Assembly: GCA_963792585.1 (NCBI GenBank)
Contig: CAWBWI010000006.1
Span: 320,001 to 384,000, forward strand
Direction of reading: 5' to 3'
DNA length: 64,000 nt
Origin: Candidatus Eiseniibacteriota bacterium
GTDB taxonomy: Bacteria; Eisenbacteria; RBG-16-71-46; CAIMUX01; VGJL01
Part shown: one piece after another, positions 17,796 to 27,922 of the stretch
Layout of the letters: each line of letters opens with the position of its first letter
How positions within the stretch are numbered: position 1 is the first letter of the stretch
The notes under the pieces: generated by a model
Told to the model about the DNA's origin: nothing
Databases searched by the model: none
What the model saw: the letters and a program-made list of their open reading frames with translations, nothing else
Program-made: the position numbers and the translations under genes

Positions 17796-20057
17796 TTACT
17801 TAAGAAGGAGAAGCCGCTGTTGCGATGCCGTCTTCCCCTCGATGGAGAGACGCGCGTAGTAGACGCCCGTCGCGAGGATGTGCCCCGCGCCGTCGGCGCC
17901 GTGCCACGCGATTTCATGATCCCCGGCGGGGAGAATCCCATCCTGGAGGAGGCGGACCCTGCGACCGTCCGGAGAGAAGACCTCGAGGCGGACGTGCCCC
18001 GCCTGGCCGAGGGTGAAGTGAAGCGTCGTCTTCGGATTGAACGGATTCGGGGTCGCGACCAAGCCGGGGCCGGCCTCGCGTGTCACGAGGGCCGGCGCCT
18101 CCGACTCGCCCGTCTCATCCATCAATGCGAGAATCGTGGGCCCATCGGGCGGCGCGAAGGCGATCGGTGTGCCCACCAGACTGATGTCGTCGACGTAGGC
18201 GCCCTCGCTCGTGGCCGATCCGTTCGAGAAGAAGACGAAACGGAACTTCAGCGCCGAACCGGTCACCGAATAGGCCAGATTCCTCCAGGTGGAGGAACTT
18301 CCGGACCACCGCTGGATCTCCGTCCAGGTCGAGCCGTTCAGCACCTGGAACGATAGGTAGTCGGAGCTGTTCGATGTCCGATACCAGATCCAGAACGACA
18401 ACTGAACGCCCGTGTAGCCGGAGAGACCGATCGGATTGATCAAGGTCATGTCGGCGTTCATGTTGTTGTCATATCTCTGCCCCGAAACGTTCGAATTGTC
18501 CGCGCAATAGGCGCTCCACGAGCCGCCGTGGACACGAGCCCCCGTCGATTGATCGCCCCAGTAGTCCAGGCCGCTGGTCGAATTGGCATCGGTCGCCGAC
18601 CAGACGCTCCCGGGAACCGTGTTGATCTCGAATCCTTCCGAAAAGAGGGTGACCGGGGCCGGCGGGCCGCCGCCTGCGGCATTCTGGACGGCGCGGTAGG
18701 CATTCATCCGGCCGTATCCGGTCTGCGTGTCGTATCCGGCCGCCCCCATGTCGTCGCAGTTGCCCTGAAGCACGGAGAGGAGGGTGGCATTGGTGAGGGC
18801 GGGGTTCTGGGACCAGACCAGCGCGCCGATGCCCGCCGCATGCGGGGTCGCAGAGGAGGTGCCGTTGAAGTCGCTGATGTAATCGCCCGTGCCGAATCCA
18901 CCCGAGCCGCGGATATCGGCGGTGTGAATCCTCACGCCGGGTGCCATGAAGTCGAGTCCCGTTCCGTAGTTCGAGCCCCACCAGTACTCGCCGTCACAGC
19001 TCGTTGTGCTCTTGCGCTCGTTGCACGGTGAGAGGGCGCCGATGGCGATGACGTTCGAATAGGCCCCGGGGTAGTCGAGGCTCGACGCATTCCCGTTGCC
19101 GGACGCCGCGAAGATGGCGCATCCCTTGCCGTACGCATAGTTGACGGCGGTCAGCAGGGTCGAGGAGGCGGGGCCGCCGAGACTCATTGAGAGGATCTTC
19201 GCCCCGTTGTTGGCCGCGAAGTTCATGCCGTTCGCGACCGCCGTGTAGGTCCCGCTCCCGTTTGCGGCGAGGACCTTCACGGGCATGATCCTCGCTCCCC
19301 ACGCCACCCCGGCGACGCCTTGGGCATTGTTGCCGGCGCCGGCGGCGATCCCGGCGCAGCAGGTGCCGTGGCCGTTGTCATCGGTCGGGTTCGAGTCGTT
19401 GTTCGCATAGTCGTATCCCGCGACGAGACGTCCGGCGAACTCGGGGTGCCCCAGGTCGACGCCGGTGTCGATGATCGCGATGATCATCGCAGCGCTGCCC
19501 GTTTGCAGATCCCACGCCTGATCCGTGTCGGTGTCGCAGTCGACGGTTCCGACGTTTCCGCCGCCGTACTTGATCGCCTGCCCCGTGTTGTTGTGCGCCC
19601 ACTGGGACGGGTAGTAGGTGTCATTTGGCGTGAGCATCGCGTGGGCGATCCAATTCGGTTCGGCAAAGACGATCTCGTCCGAACCTGCGAACGCACGGAC
19701 CGCCGTCTGCGGATCGCGACCGCCCGCATAGCGCACGCTGAATATGCGGTCCATCCCGACGGCGCTCTTGCGCGCCGCGTCGGTCGTGAGATCGAGGGCC
19801 GGTGCGATCTCGACGGCTCCGACGTCGGCGAGGCGACGGTCGAGATCGGCAAGACCGGTCCTCGCGATCGTGAGCTGCTCGGGGCGCACCAAGGCGAATG
19901 CATCCGGGGTGAGCTGGATCAAGAGCTCGCCCGGCGCAGCCTCATCGCGCGTCGTTATGGTGAGCCCCGGAGCCGGGGCGTTTGCCATGGAAGTGGTCGC
20001 GAGAAGAATGAACAGCGCGGCGAATGCCGCGATTCGGAACGGTTGGGGGAACCTCAT
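17796..20057 (-). CDS. Secreted S8 (subtilisin-like) serine peptidase with C-terminal FlgD-Ig domain
   Basis: IAIIDTG, HGT.CAG and GTSSATPH catalytic triad; signal peptide; PNPFNP...W.G...TGVYYARL tail. Confidence 0.95.
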   Translation of the reverse strand: MRFPQPFRIAAFAALFILLATTSMANAPAPGLTITTRDEAAPGELLIQLTPDAFALVRPEQLTIARTGLADLDRRLADVGAVEIAPALDLTTDAARKSAVGMDRIFSVRYAGGRDPQTAVRAFAGSDEIVFAEPNWIAHAMLTPNDTYYPSQWAHNNTGQAIKYGGGNVGTVDCDTDTDQAWDLQTGSAAMIIAIIDTGVDLGHPEFAGRLVAGYDYANNDSNPTDDNGHGTCCAGIAAGAGNNAQGVAGVAWGARIMPVKVLAANGSGTYTAVANGMNFAANNGAKILSMSLGGPASSTLLTAVNYAYGKGCAIFAASGNGNASSLDYPGAYSNVIAIGALSPCNERKSTTSCDGEYWWGSNYGTGLDFMAPGVRIHTADIRGSGGFGTGDYISDFNGTSSATPHAAGIGALVWSQNPALTNATLLSVLQGNCDDMGAAGYDTQTGYGRMNAYRAVQNAAGGGPPAPVTLFSEGFEINTVPGSVWSATDANSTSGLDYWGDQSTGARVHGGSWSAYCADNSNVSGQRYDNNMNADMTLINPIGLSGYTGVQLSFWIWYRTSNSSDYLSFQVLNGSTWTEIQRWSGSSSTWRNLAYSVTGSALKFRFVFFSNGSATSEGAYVDDISLVGTPIAFAPPDGPTILALMDETGESEAPALVTREAGPGLVATPNPFNPKTTLHFTLGQAGHVRLEVFSPDGRRVRLLQDGILPAGDHEIAWHGADGAGHILATGVYYARLSIEGKTASQQRLLLLK

Positions 20058-20249
20058 ATCGTCCGATCCTCCTGATAGGTCGAATCCGAGCCTTGCGCCG
20101 AGGGCGCTTGAAAGCAGCCGGACGCGTCGTGAGACGACGCGCCCGGTTCGGGTGGAGCAATCCTAGGGCCAGCGAGACGCAGAGATCAATCCTGTTTCGC
20201 GGCCGGCTCCGGGCGGGCGATCCAGCCTGCCCCATCCAGGCCGTGCGCT

Positions 20250-20810
20250 TCACGAGCTGGGGAAAGCTTCGCGCGCGGTTCCGCTGAGAAGGTCGGAGTA
20301 CGATTCACGGAGGAGATCCCCCTCCGCGATCCCGAAGGCGTCGAGCATACCCCGGACCGTCGCGTGGCAGATTTCCTCCGGGTGGGCTGGATCCACGACC
20401 GCCTCCAGCTCGACGAACGCGCCAAGCCCGATCACCTCATCGAGGTGGATGCGAACGTTCTCGTGGAGCCAGAGTTCGCGCCGCTTCTCGACGCGGACCC
20501 AGACCCCAAGGGCTGCGGCCAGGGCTGCGTGCATCCGCGCGGGCTCGCTCACGGGAACCACTTCGTAGTCGCTGGACCTTGGCCCCGTCTCGTTCGCGCG
20601 CTGATAGAAGATGAGCTCGGCGCGCGCAGCATGCAGGGCGTCTCCACCTTCGGATGCCTCGATCTCGCGCAGCTTCAGCCTGCCGGCCGACACGGGGAAG
20701 TAGGTGTCTACCTGTCGGAACGCTCCGCGGGGAATGGCGCCGAGGGAGCGGGAGATCTCGCGGATCCTGGCGAGGTCCCCGCAGCGCGCCTTGATCTCGA
20801 TGTTCTTCAT
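20250..20810 (-). CDS. cyaB: CYTH-domain protein (class IV adenylate cyclase-like)
   Basis: NIEIKAR, QVDTYF, RLKLRE, VEKRREL, RIHLDEV.GLG.FVELE, SYSDL. Confidence 0.88.
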   Translation of the reverse strand: MKNIEIKARCGDLARIREISRSLGAIPRGAFRQVDTYFPVSAGRLKLREIEASEGGDALHAARAELIFYQRANETGPRSSDYEVVPVSEPARMHAALAAALGVWVRVEKRRELWLHENVRIHLDEVIGLGAFVELEAVVDPAHPEEICHATVRGMLDAFGIAEGDLLRESYSDLLSGTAREAFPSS

Positions 20811-20821
20811 CCGCTCGCGCG

Positions 20822-21373
20822 TCAGCCCTTGCGCCCGTAGCGCCCCATCAATTTCCCTTCGCCGATCACGTGTCCCTCGATCGCCTTCAGGAGTTCCTTC
20901 CTCGTGGCGCCGGGGGCGAGGGTCACGTCCGCATCGAGCGCGTAGATTCTGAAGAAGTAGCGGTGCGGCTTTCCGCGCGGCGGGCAGGGACCGCCGTAGC
21001 CGACCTTCTTGAAGTCGTTCATCCCCTGCGCGGCGCCGTTCGGGAGACTCTTCTCCCTGGCGACGCCTTCGGGCAAAGACGTCGTGTCCGGCGGCAGGCC
21101 CCAGATCACCCAATGAACCCAGAGGCCGACCGGCGCGTCGGGGTCATCGCAGAGCAGCGCAAAGGACCGCGTCCCCGCGGGTGCACCCGACCACGCCAAT
21201 GCGGGGGAGAGATCGAGGCCGTCGCACGTGTGCTTCTCCGGGACCGCCTCCCCCTCCCGGAATGCGGGACTCGTCAGAGCGATCGTGACCATTCCCTTCG
21301 CCTCCTTCGGGGGCTCCTGCGCGAGCGCAGTCCCCGCGGCCGCCAGGAGCAGGATCGCGAGGGCCCGGATCAA
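20822..21373 (-). CDS. YbhB/YbcL family (PEBP) protein with signal peptide
   Basis: TCDG..SP.L.W, DDPDAP...WVHWV, GYGGPCPP.G.PHRYFF; TTG start overlaps the upstream TGA. Confidence 0.9.
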   Translation of the reverse strand: MIRALAILLLAAAGTALAQEPPKEAKGMVTIALTSPAFREGEAVPEKHTCDGLDLSPALAWSGAPAGTRSFALLCDDPDAPVGLWVHWVIWGLPPDTTSLPEGVAREKSLPNGAAQGMNDFKKVGYGGPCPPRGKPHRYFFRIYALDADVTLAPGATRKELLKAIEGHVIGEGKLMGRYGRKG

Positions 21374-23022
21374 GTCTGCGCGCCCCCGATCCGCGCGAGC
21401 CGTTCGCCCCAGAGGATTCTCTGCTGCAGCGGCCAGGACTCCGGAGATCCGAAGGTGAAGCCGCTCGCGAGCAGGAGAGTCTCTCCAGCGCGTTCGGTCC
21501 AGATGAACTCGAGATAGCTCGCCTCCGGTGCGTCGAGCAGGAACGCGATCCCCTGCTCCGGGTCGGCCATCGTGACGCGACCCTCGATCGAGGCGCCATC
21601 CTTCAGTCGGATCTTGAGGAGTCCATCCTCGCGCGGGTCGACCGAGGCATCTCCGCCGGTCCACGATGCGAGGCCGTCGGCGCTCGAGAAGCGTCTCCAG
21701 AGCTCCGATCGGGCGATCGGCATTCGGCGACGCAGGAGGAAACTCCTGCGCGGCCCCCGGTCGCCGTCGCGCAGCGCGAACTCGAGCATGCCGATGGCGG
21801 AACGCCATCCCGCCTGCGCTGCGTCGAACTCCTCATTCCATCCGCTTCCCTCTCCCCACCCTGCGTGCGTCAGTGCGATCCGCGTCTTGGCGGGGTCGGT
21901 GTCCGACGGGAGAAAGCGCAGGTCGATTTCGGTCGACCCGCCGACGGCGGGGATGTCCCAAGAGAAGCGCAGATGCGAACCATCCTCGATCGCACGCACC
22001 TGGCCCCGTATCTCCCCGTAACCCGCCCAGACGAACGTGCAGAGGCCTCCGTCGCGGGGGTCGATCTCCGCGCTGTCGCAGAACCACCGTGCCAGCCCTG
22101 CAGGATCGACCCATGCCTTCCACACCCGCTCACGTTCGGCGCTCAGGACGCGATCGAGCGTGATCGCCCGCCCCGCCGCGGGGGCGCGGCTCTCGGGGGC
22201 GCGCTTCAACGACTCGCGAAGCCGGCCGAAGCGGCCCTCCCAGGTTGCGCGCAGGGCCTCCCGATCCGCCTCGGTGATCGCATAGGAGCGCTGCGTGATC
22301 GTGAGCACCGACCCACTTTCCGCCGGCCAGATCGAGACACCGATCAAGCTCTTCTTCCCATCCTCATCCCACTGCATGCGCAGGTGCTTCCATGGCGCGA
22401 CGGTCCGCAAGATCCCCCGCACGCGCCCTCCCTCGCGCAGGCTGAGGTCAATCTCGCCGCCCGCCGCGGGGTCGATGAAGGCCTCGGAGGCGAGCCAGGA
22501 CGACAACCCCGCGGGGCCTGTCCACTGGGCGTAGACGCGCTCGCGGCTCGCGGGCATGGCCGTCTGCATCCGGAGGTAGAAGGCCGCACCGCCACGGCCC
22601 TCCTCCACATGGAATCTCAGGTTTTCGAGGACCTTGTCCCACTCGAGCGAGACCATCTCGAAACGCCCCCGCCATTCCTCGCCCGAAGGGAAGCCGCTGT
22701 GGCGGAACCTCAGGCCGGTCGTCCCCGCGTCGTCATCCTCGAGGTCGAAAGAGGCCATCGTCTCGCAACCATCGCGTTCCATGAACCAGGAGAGGACGAG
22801 ACGCCGCCCTTCATCGATCTCGAGGATCTCCCCTTGGGTGTGGGCCGGGACGGCGGTGTCCTGCCAGTCGATCCGGTAGCTGGCCCCGATCTCCGGGCGC
22901 CAGCGGACGGTGGCATACATCCATCGCGAGAGCGCGGCGGGATCGAGAAGGGCTCGGAAGACCTCCGCGCGCGTCGCAGCGATCCGCAGGCAGCGCTCCA
23001 CCGTCCGGGTCGACTCGGTCAT
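21370..23022 (-). CDS. Tandem SRPBCC/AHSA1-domain protein (four domains)
   Basis: Four repeats of A.RE.V..A..DP..L..W ... G.V..I...RL...W ... T.L.L.H.G. Confidence 0.85.
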   Translation of the reverse strand: MTESTRTVERCLRIAATRAEVFRALLDPAALSRWMYATVRWRPEIGASYRIDWQDTAVPAHTQGEILEIDEGRRLVLSWFMERDGCETMASFDLEDDDAGTTGLRFRHSGFPSGEEWRGRFEMVSLEWDKVLENLRFHVEEGRGGAAFYLRMQTAMPASRERVYAQWTGPAGLSSWLASEAFIDPAAGGEIDLSLREGGRVRGILRTVAPWKHLRMQWDEDGKKSLIGVSIWPAESGSVLTITQRSYAITEADREALRATWEGRFGRLRESLKRAPESRAPAAGRAITLDRVLSAERERVWKAWVDPAGLARWFCDSAEIDPRDGGLCTFVWAGYGEIRGQVRAIEDGSHLRFSWDIPAVGGSTEIDLRFLPSDTDPAKTRIALTHAGWGEGSGWNEEFDAAQAGWRSAIGMLEFALRDGDRGPRRSFLLRRRMPIARSELWRRFSSADGLASWTGGDASVDPREDGLLKIRLKDGASIEGRVTMADPEQGIAFLLDAPEASYLEFIWTERAGETLLLASGFTFGSPESWPLQQRILWGERLARIGGAQT

Positions 23023-23033
23023 GCTCGTCTCCT

Positions 23034-23375
23034 CTAAGGAACGTCGGCGTTGTAGGTATAGGAGCGGACCCGATCCCCGTCAAAGCGGATATACAGGTCT
23101 CGCGTATGGGTCTGGCCGCCGATCAACCGGATCTTGTAATGAACGTAGGTCCAGGTTGAGTCTCCGTCCTCGATCCCGCGACGGTAAGGCCGACCGAACT
23201 GCGCGAGGAGCCCGCTCTTCGTCGTCTCACCGTTCCGAATGTCGATCACTTTCTCGGACGGGAATTCCCGGCCCACGGTTGCGCAACCGGCCGCACCGCC
23301 GAGGAGAACACAGACCGCGGTGGAGAGGATCGCACGGGCGACGTAGGGGAATGGGGGCGCGTTCCTTCGCTCCAT
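23034..23375 (-). CDS. BamE/SmpA-like small outer-membrane lipoprotein
   Basis: Lipobox AAGC; I..G.TTK..LL..FG.P.....W.Y. Confidence 0.7.
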   Translation of the reverse strand: MERRNAPPFPYVARAILSTAVCVLLGGAAGCATVGREFPSEKVIDIRNGETTKSGLLAQFGRPYRRGIEDGDSTWTYVHYKIRLIGGQTHTRDLYIRFDGDRVRSYTYNADVP

Positions 23376-23554
23376 TCTTGGACTCCCTGCAACTCACGCA
23401 ACCGCGTGAGGATAGGCGCCTTAGGCCGAAACTTGTGGCAGCGGCAGGCTAACAGAACGCTTTTGCCGAGGTCAAGATAACCGGCCATATCCTGATATCC
23501 GACTGAATTCTATGGAGATCGACGGATTCTGCCGATAGGGGGGACAGGGGGCAC

Positions 23555-24520
23555 ATGAGTGATCGTCGGTTAGCGAAGACAATCGAATCCAACGGCGAAG
23601 GGCAGATCTCCTGCCACGATCCGGCTGTTGCCGTCCCCCCGGCGCCACAGCGCATTCAAGGGGCTCGGTCCCCGGTTCGCCGCGTGGCGGCGTCTCCCTG
23701 CGGGCGATTCCTCGCAGCGGGCCTCGCCGACGGCTCCATTCTGATTCATGAGACTGCGAACGGAACCTGCCGGCGCACCCTGAAGGGACACACCGGCCCG
23801 ATCGAGGCGCTGGCATTCCTCCCAGGCGGCACGCTCCTTCTCTCCGCCTCGAGGGACGGCACCTTCCGCACATGGGACTACTGGAGCGAACGGTGCTGCC
23901 AGATCGTGCAAGCGCACCGCTTCCCGATCCACGCGCTCGCGGCATCGCCCGACGGCGAGCGCGTCGCCACCGGCGACACCGACGGCAAGATCAAGCTGTG
24001 GGATGCCTACCCGGCACGCGCACGTCTGGTCCTGACAGGATCCGAGGGCGGAATCCGAGGCCTCGCCTTCAACCGCCAGGCCTCGGTCCTACTCAGCGCG
24101 GCCGACGATGGTCGGTTTCGGGCCTGGAGTCTTGCCACCGGTCGCTGCATCTCGGATATCGAAGCGCACCGGCCCCCGATCCACGCTTGGGGCGCCCGAC
24201 CCGACGGCGGACGGATCGCCACCGGCGGCGAGGACGGCCGTGCCCGGATATGGGATGCAGACGAGATCCGTTGCGTGCAGACGATCCCACTGTCCAATCG
24301 ACCGATCGAGGCCGTCGCCCTGAGCGCCACCCTTCTGGCCGCGGTCGACGCGAGCGGCCGACTGATGGTCCACACCCTCGGGCGCGCCGGATCTCCGCCC
24401 TGGTCCCAGGATCACATCGCCCCCATCCGCGGGCTGGCAAGCGCGTCGATCGCGATCCCCGGCGGGGGCCGGTTGGCTGTCGGCGGCCCGGACCGTTCCC
24501 TCCGTATCTGGCCGCTCTAG
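23555..24520 (+). CDS. WD40-repeat protein
   Basis: GH...I.ALAF.P.G..L.SAS.DGT.R.WD repeats, about 7 blades. Confidence 0.9.
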   Translation: MSDRRLAKTIESNGEGQISCHDPAVAVPPAPQRIQGARSPVRRVAASPCGRFLAAGLADGSILIHETANGTCRRTLKGHTGPIEALAFLPGGTLLLSASRDGTFRTWDYWSERCCQIVQAHRFPIHALAASPDGERVATGDTDGKIKLWDAYPARARLVLTGSEGGIRGLAFNRQASVLLSAADDGRFRAWSLATGRCISDIEAHRPPIHAWGARPDGGRIATGGEDGRARIWDADEIRCVQTIPLSNRPIEAVALSATLLAAVDASGRLMVHTLGRAGSPPWSQDHIAPIRGLASASIAIPGGGRLAVGGPDRSLRIWPL

Positions 24521-24583
24521 CCGCATTTCGCTTACCCCCGATCTGTGCGATGATTCCGTCTCTCTGCCAGAGACGGAGGACCG

Positions 24584-25843
24584 ATGAAACGCAGCCCCAT
24601 CCAGCCGGTCAAGGGAACACGGGATTTCTATCCGGAGCTGATGGCCCAGCGGGTCTGGCTCTACGAGCGGATTCGCGCGGCGGCGCGCCGATTCGGTTAC
24701 CAGGAATACGAAGGCCCGATCCTCGAACCGATCGCCCTCTACGCAGCGAAGAGCGGTGACGAGCTGGTCAAGGAGCAGGCGTTCGTGCTCCAGGACCGCG
24801 GCGGCGACGATCTCGCCATGCGTCCCGAGTTGACCCCCACGCTGGCCAGAATGGTCGCGCAGCGGCAGGCACAGATTCCCCGCCCGATTCGCTGGTGGTC
24901 CTTCGGTCCCTTCTGGCGTTACGAGCGTCCCCAGAAGGGGCGCACGAGGGAGTTCTTCCAGTGGAACCTCGATCTGGTGGGCGTGGACGACGCGCGCGCC
25001 GATGCCGAGGTCATCGCGGTCGCGGCCTCGTTCCTGCGCGAGGCGGGACTGGGAGGCGGCGAGGTCGTCCTGCAAGTCAACAACCGGCGCCTGATGGACG
25101 GATGTCTCGCCCGGATCGGAATCGAAGGCGACGCGAAGAAGGCGGCATTCCGACTGATCGACAAGCGGGACAAGCTCCCGCCGGCGGGCTGGGTCGAGTA
25201 TGCGATCTCCACCGGCTTCACGCGGGAGCAGATCGATGCGCTCGGCGCGATTCTCGTGAACCGCGAACTCTGGCGCGAGTCGGAGGAGTTGACGCAGCTC
25301 TTCGAGATTCTCGAGGCGTACGGCGTACGGGAGATGGTCGCCTACGAGCCTTCGGTCATTCGAGGCTTGGACTACTACACGGGGACCGTTTTCGAGGCCC
25401 GCGACCGCGACGGGGAGTTCCGGGCGATCCTCGGAGGGGGCCGCTACGACAATCTCGTGGGCGACGTAGGTGGGGACCCCCTCCCGGGCGTGGGATTCGC
25501 CATGGGAGACGTGGTGATTGGCCTGGTTCTGGACAAGTACGGGAAGGTGCCCGCGCTGAGGGCGGCGCCCGCCCGGGCGCTCGTGACGGTCTTCAGCCCG
25601 GAGCTGGCATTGGACGCGATTCGCACGGCGATGCGGCTGCGGGCGGACGGAATCGACATCGAGCTCTATCCCGAACCGTCGAAAATGGCAAAGCAGTTCC
25701 GCTACGCCGACCAACTGGGGATCCCGTTTGCGATCGTCGTGGGGCCGGACGAAGCCCGCGAGAACAAGATCGCACTGAAGGACCTCGCGAGCGGAGAGCA
25801 GGTTCTGCTCCCGATCGATGAGGCATCCGATCGGCTGCGATGA
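24584..25843 (+). CDS. hisS: Histidine--tRNA ligase
   Basis: KGTRDF, RPELTP, RYERPQKGR.REF.Q, RGLDYYTG, GGGRYD. Confidence 0.97.
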   Translation: MKRSPIQPVKGTRDFYPELMAQRVWLYERIRAAARRFGYQEYEGPILEPIALYAAKSGDELVKEQAFVLQDRGGDDLAMRPELTPTLARMVAQRQAQIPRPIRWWSFGPFWRYERPQKGRTREFFQWNLDLVGVDDARADAEVIAVAASFLREAGLGGGEVVLQVNNRRLMDGCLARIGIEGDAKKAAFRLIDKRDKLPPAGWVEYAISTGFTREQIDALGAILVNRELWRESEELTQLFEILEAYGVREMVAYEPSVIRGLDYYTGTVFEARDRDGEFRAILGGGRYDNLVGDVGGDPLPGVGFAMGDVVIGLVLDKYGKVPALRAAPARALVTVFSPELALDAIRTAMRLRADGIDIELYPEPSKMAKQFRYADQLGIPFAIVVGPDEARENKIALKDLASGEQVLLPIDEASDRLR

Positions 25844-26565
25844 CCGCGCCGGCGGAAGGGATCTCGGTCGTCATCCCGTTCTTCAACGAAGAACCGAATC
25901 TCGAGCCTCTCCGCGCGCGCCTGGTTCCCGTCCTCGAGAAGATCGGCCGCCCCTTCGAGGTGCTCTTCGTCGACGACGGAAGTGACGATGCGGGCGGGCG
26001 GCTCGCCGACTCGATGAACCGAGCGGACCCACGCATCCGCGTGGTCCACTTCGAACAACGATCCGGTCAGTCCGCCGCGCTCGACGCGGGATTTCGCTCC
26101 GCCGCGCACGAAATCGTCGTCACGCTCGACGCGGACCTCCAGAACGAACCTGAGGACATACCAAAACTGATCGATGCGCTCGCCGAGGCCGACGCGGCAT
26201 GCGGCTACCGGATGAAACGCCACGATGGTTGGGTGCGCCGCGCCTCGAGCGTCATCGCCAACCGCGTCCGGGACCGGATCACCGGGGATCACATCACGGA
26301 CACCGGTTGCAGCCTGAAGGCCTACCGGGCGGAGTACCTTCGCCGTATGAAGATGTTCACCGGCATGCACCGATTTCTACCGACCCTCCTGCGCATGGAG
26401 GGCGCGCGGGTCGTCGAGTTACCCGTCCGCCACCACCCGCGCGTGGCCGGACGATCGAAGTACGGCATCTCGAACCGCGCCTTGTCGGGTCTCCGGGATT
26501 GCTTTGCGGTCCGCTGGATGCGGGATCGCCGAATCCGCTACAGGATCAAGGAGGAGTCGCGGTGA
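25840..26565 (+). CDS. GT2 polyprenol-phosphate glycosyltransferase (DPM1/ArnC-like)
   Basis: SVVIP.FNEE, DDGS.D, DADLQN.P.DIP, DTGCSLK, HRFLP, R.AG.SKY. Confidence 0.92.
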   Translation: MTAPAEGISVVIPFFNEEPNLEPLRARLVPVLEKIGRPFEVLFVDDGSDDAGGRLADSMNRADPRIRVVHFEQRSGQSAALDAGFRSAAHEIVVTLDADLQNEPEDIPKLIDALAEADAACGYRMKRHDGWVRRASSVIANRVRDRITGDHITDTGCSLKAYRAEYLRRMKMFTGMHRFLPTLLRMEGARVVELPVRHHPRVAGRSKYGISNRALSGLRDCFAVRWMRDRRIRYRIKEESR

Positions 26566-26852
26566 ACATCACTCTCTGGACCGGTGTCGGCATGCTCGGT
26601 CAGTGCATCTTCGGATCACGATTCCTCGTGCAGTGGCTTGCCTCCGAGCGAAGGCGCCGGAGCGTGATCCCCAAGGCTTTCTGGTACCTCTCGATCATCG
26701 GGAGCATGGTCCTGTTGAGCTACGCCATCCACCGGCGCGATCCGGTCTTCATCGTGGGCGAGATCGGCGGTTTCATGATCTATGTCCGAAACCTCGTTCT
26801 CCTGAAGAAGACCGCCGAGACGCCTCAGCCGTCACCCCTCTCGACGACGTAG
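26562..26852 (+). CDS. Lipid-A-disaccharide synthase N-terminal (LAB_N) domain small membrane protein
   Basis: GQ..F..RF.VQW.ASE...SV.P.AFWY.S..G...LL.YA..R.DPVFI; GTG overlaps the upstream stop. Confidence 0.88.
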   Translation: MNITLWTGVGMLGQCIFGSRFLVQWLASERRRRSVIPKAFWYLSIIGSMVLLSYAIHRRDPVFIVGEIGGFMIYVRNLVLLKKTAETPQPSPLSTT

Positions 26853-27922
26853 GCGCGAATCATCCAGGCCAGAGTCGCCAGCGTGGCGACGAAGAGAGCG
26901 AGGAAGAGCGGCAAGACGCTCCACTGCGTGCGGACGGCCGCGTGCTCGAGGTCTGCGAGTCCTCCGATCTGGATGTCGCGCACCCACATCCGCACGAGGA
27001 TCATGCCGACCAGTGTGATCGTGAGCAGCCCCGCACTGCCGAGCAGGACCTTGCCCGAGTCCGGCTTCGCCACGATCAGGAAGACCGCGAGCAGGGCCAG
27101 GAAGGCGGCGCCGAAAAGGTGCGCCGTGTAGACGGGGTTCCCGCCGAGGAAGGCGCTGCGCGTGGCCGGCGGGAGCGTGAAAAGGAACCAGACCCCGATC
27201 AAGATCTGGACGAGCGTCGCGCCCGAGAACCAGTTGCGCCCATAGCGCACCGCCCATTTGCCGAAGGCGGGATCCTTCCCGGATAGACTCCGCTGACCCA
27301 GGAGGATCACCCCGAGTCCGCTCACCGCGATTGCGGCAACCAGCATGTGCAGGAAGCGCGGGATCAATGTCGGCTCGCCTGTGTTGAGCCGCAGCCCCAT
27401 CCGGTTCGCCACGTAGAGATCGTGGAACCGCTCGGGCGCCATCATCAGGGTGAAGTTGTTCGTGTAGATGAAACCGATCGCCGCCACCAAGAGCGCGGAG
27501 ACCCAGGCGACCCACAACCGCCGTTCGCGGCGGAGCGTATCGGACATCGCCATGTAGTAGTGGCCGTAGTAAGCGATCACGAGCAGAAAGATCACCGCGA
27601 GCCACGGAACCGCCATGAGGATGCTCGAGGTGTAGAAGAAGCGACCATAGAGCACCTGGATGAAGAGCAGGGGCGCCACACCCAGGGAGATGGTCGCCGC
27701 CATCACGATCGGCAGAATCTTGCTGATCCGGTCGGCGAGATGGCGGTGATGGGGGACGTTGGACCGCCCGCGCGCCCCCGAGATCGCCGCGAGGAAGCCT
27801 CCGCCGAGCAGGAAGTCCATCGCCACGACGTGCAGGAAGAAGGTGACGATCAAGAGGAGCCGGAACATCCAGACGGGCGCGGGCAGCGCGCTCGGATCGA
27901 CCGGCGGCAGGATGGGGTTCAT
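26825..27922 (-). CDS. Integral membrane protein, CydA'-like second subunit of a bd-superfamily oxidoreductase
   Basis: TF.LH...M...LGG, TI.LGVAPLLFIQVLY, PRFLH; TGATG coupling to the upstream gene. Confidence 0.7.
   Translation of the reverse strand: MNPILPPVDPSALPAPVWMFRLLLIVTFFLHVVAMDFLLGGGFLAAISGARGRSNVPHHRHLADRISKILPIVMAATISLGVAPLLFIQVLYGRFFYTSSILMAVPWLAVIFLLVIAYYGHYYMAMSDTLRRERRLWVAWVSALLVAAIGFIYTNNFTLMMAPERFHDLYVANRMGLRLNTGEPTLIPRFLHMLVAAIAVSGLGVILLGQRSLSGKDPAFGKWAVRYGRNWFSGATLVQILIGVWFLFTLPPATRSAFLGGNPVYTAHLFGAAFLALLAVFLIVAKPDSGKVLLGSAGLLTITLVGMILVRMWVRDIQIGGLADLEHAAVRTQWSVLPLFLALFVATLATLAWMIRAYVVERGDG

Noticed and set aside
20118..20146. Hairpin CCGGACGCGTCGT-GAG-ACGACGCGCCCGG as a structured ncRNA or REP element
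   Set aside because: Only one copy seen; adequately explained as a terminator or 5' UTR hairpin between cyaB and the peptidase
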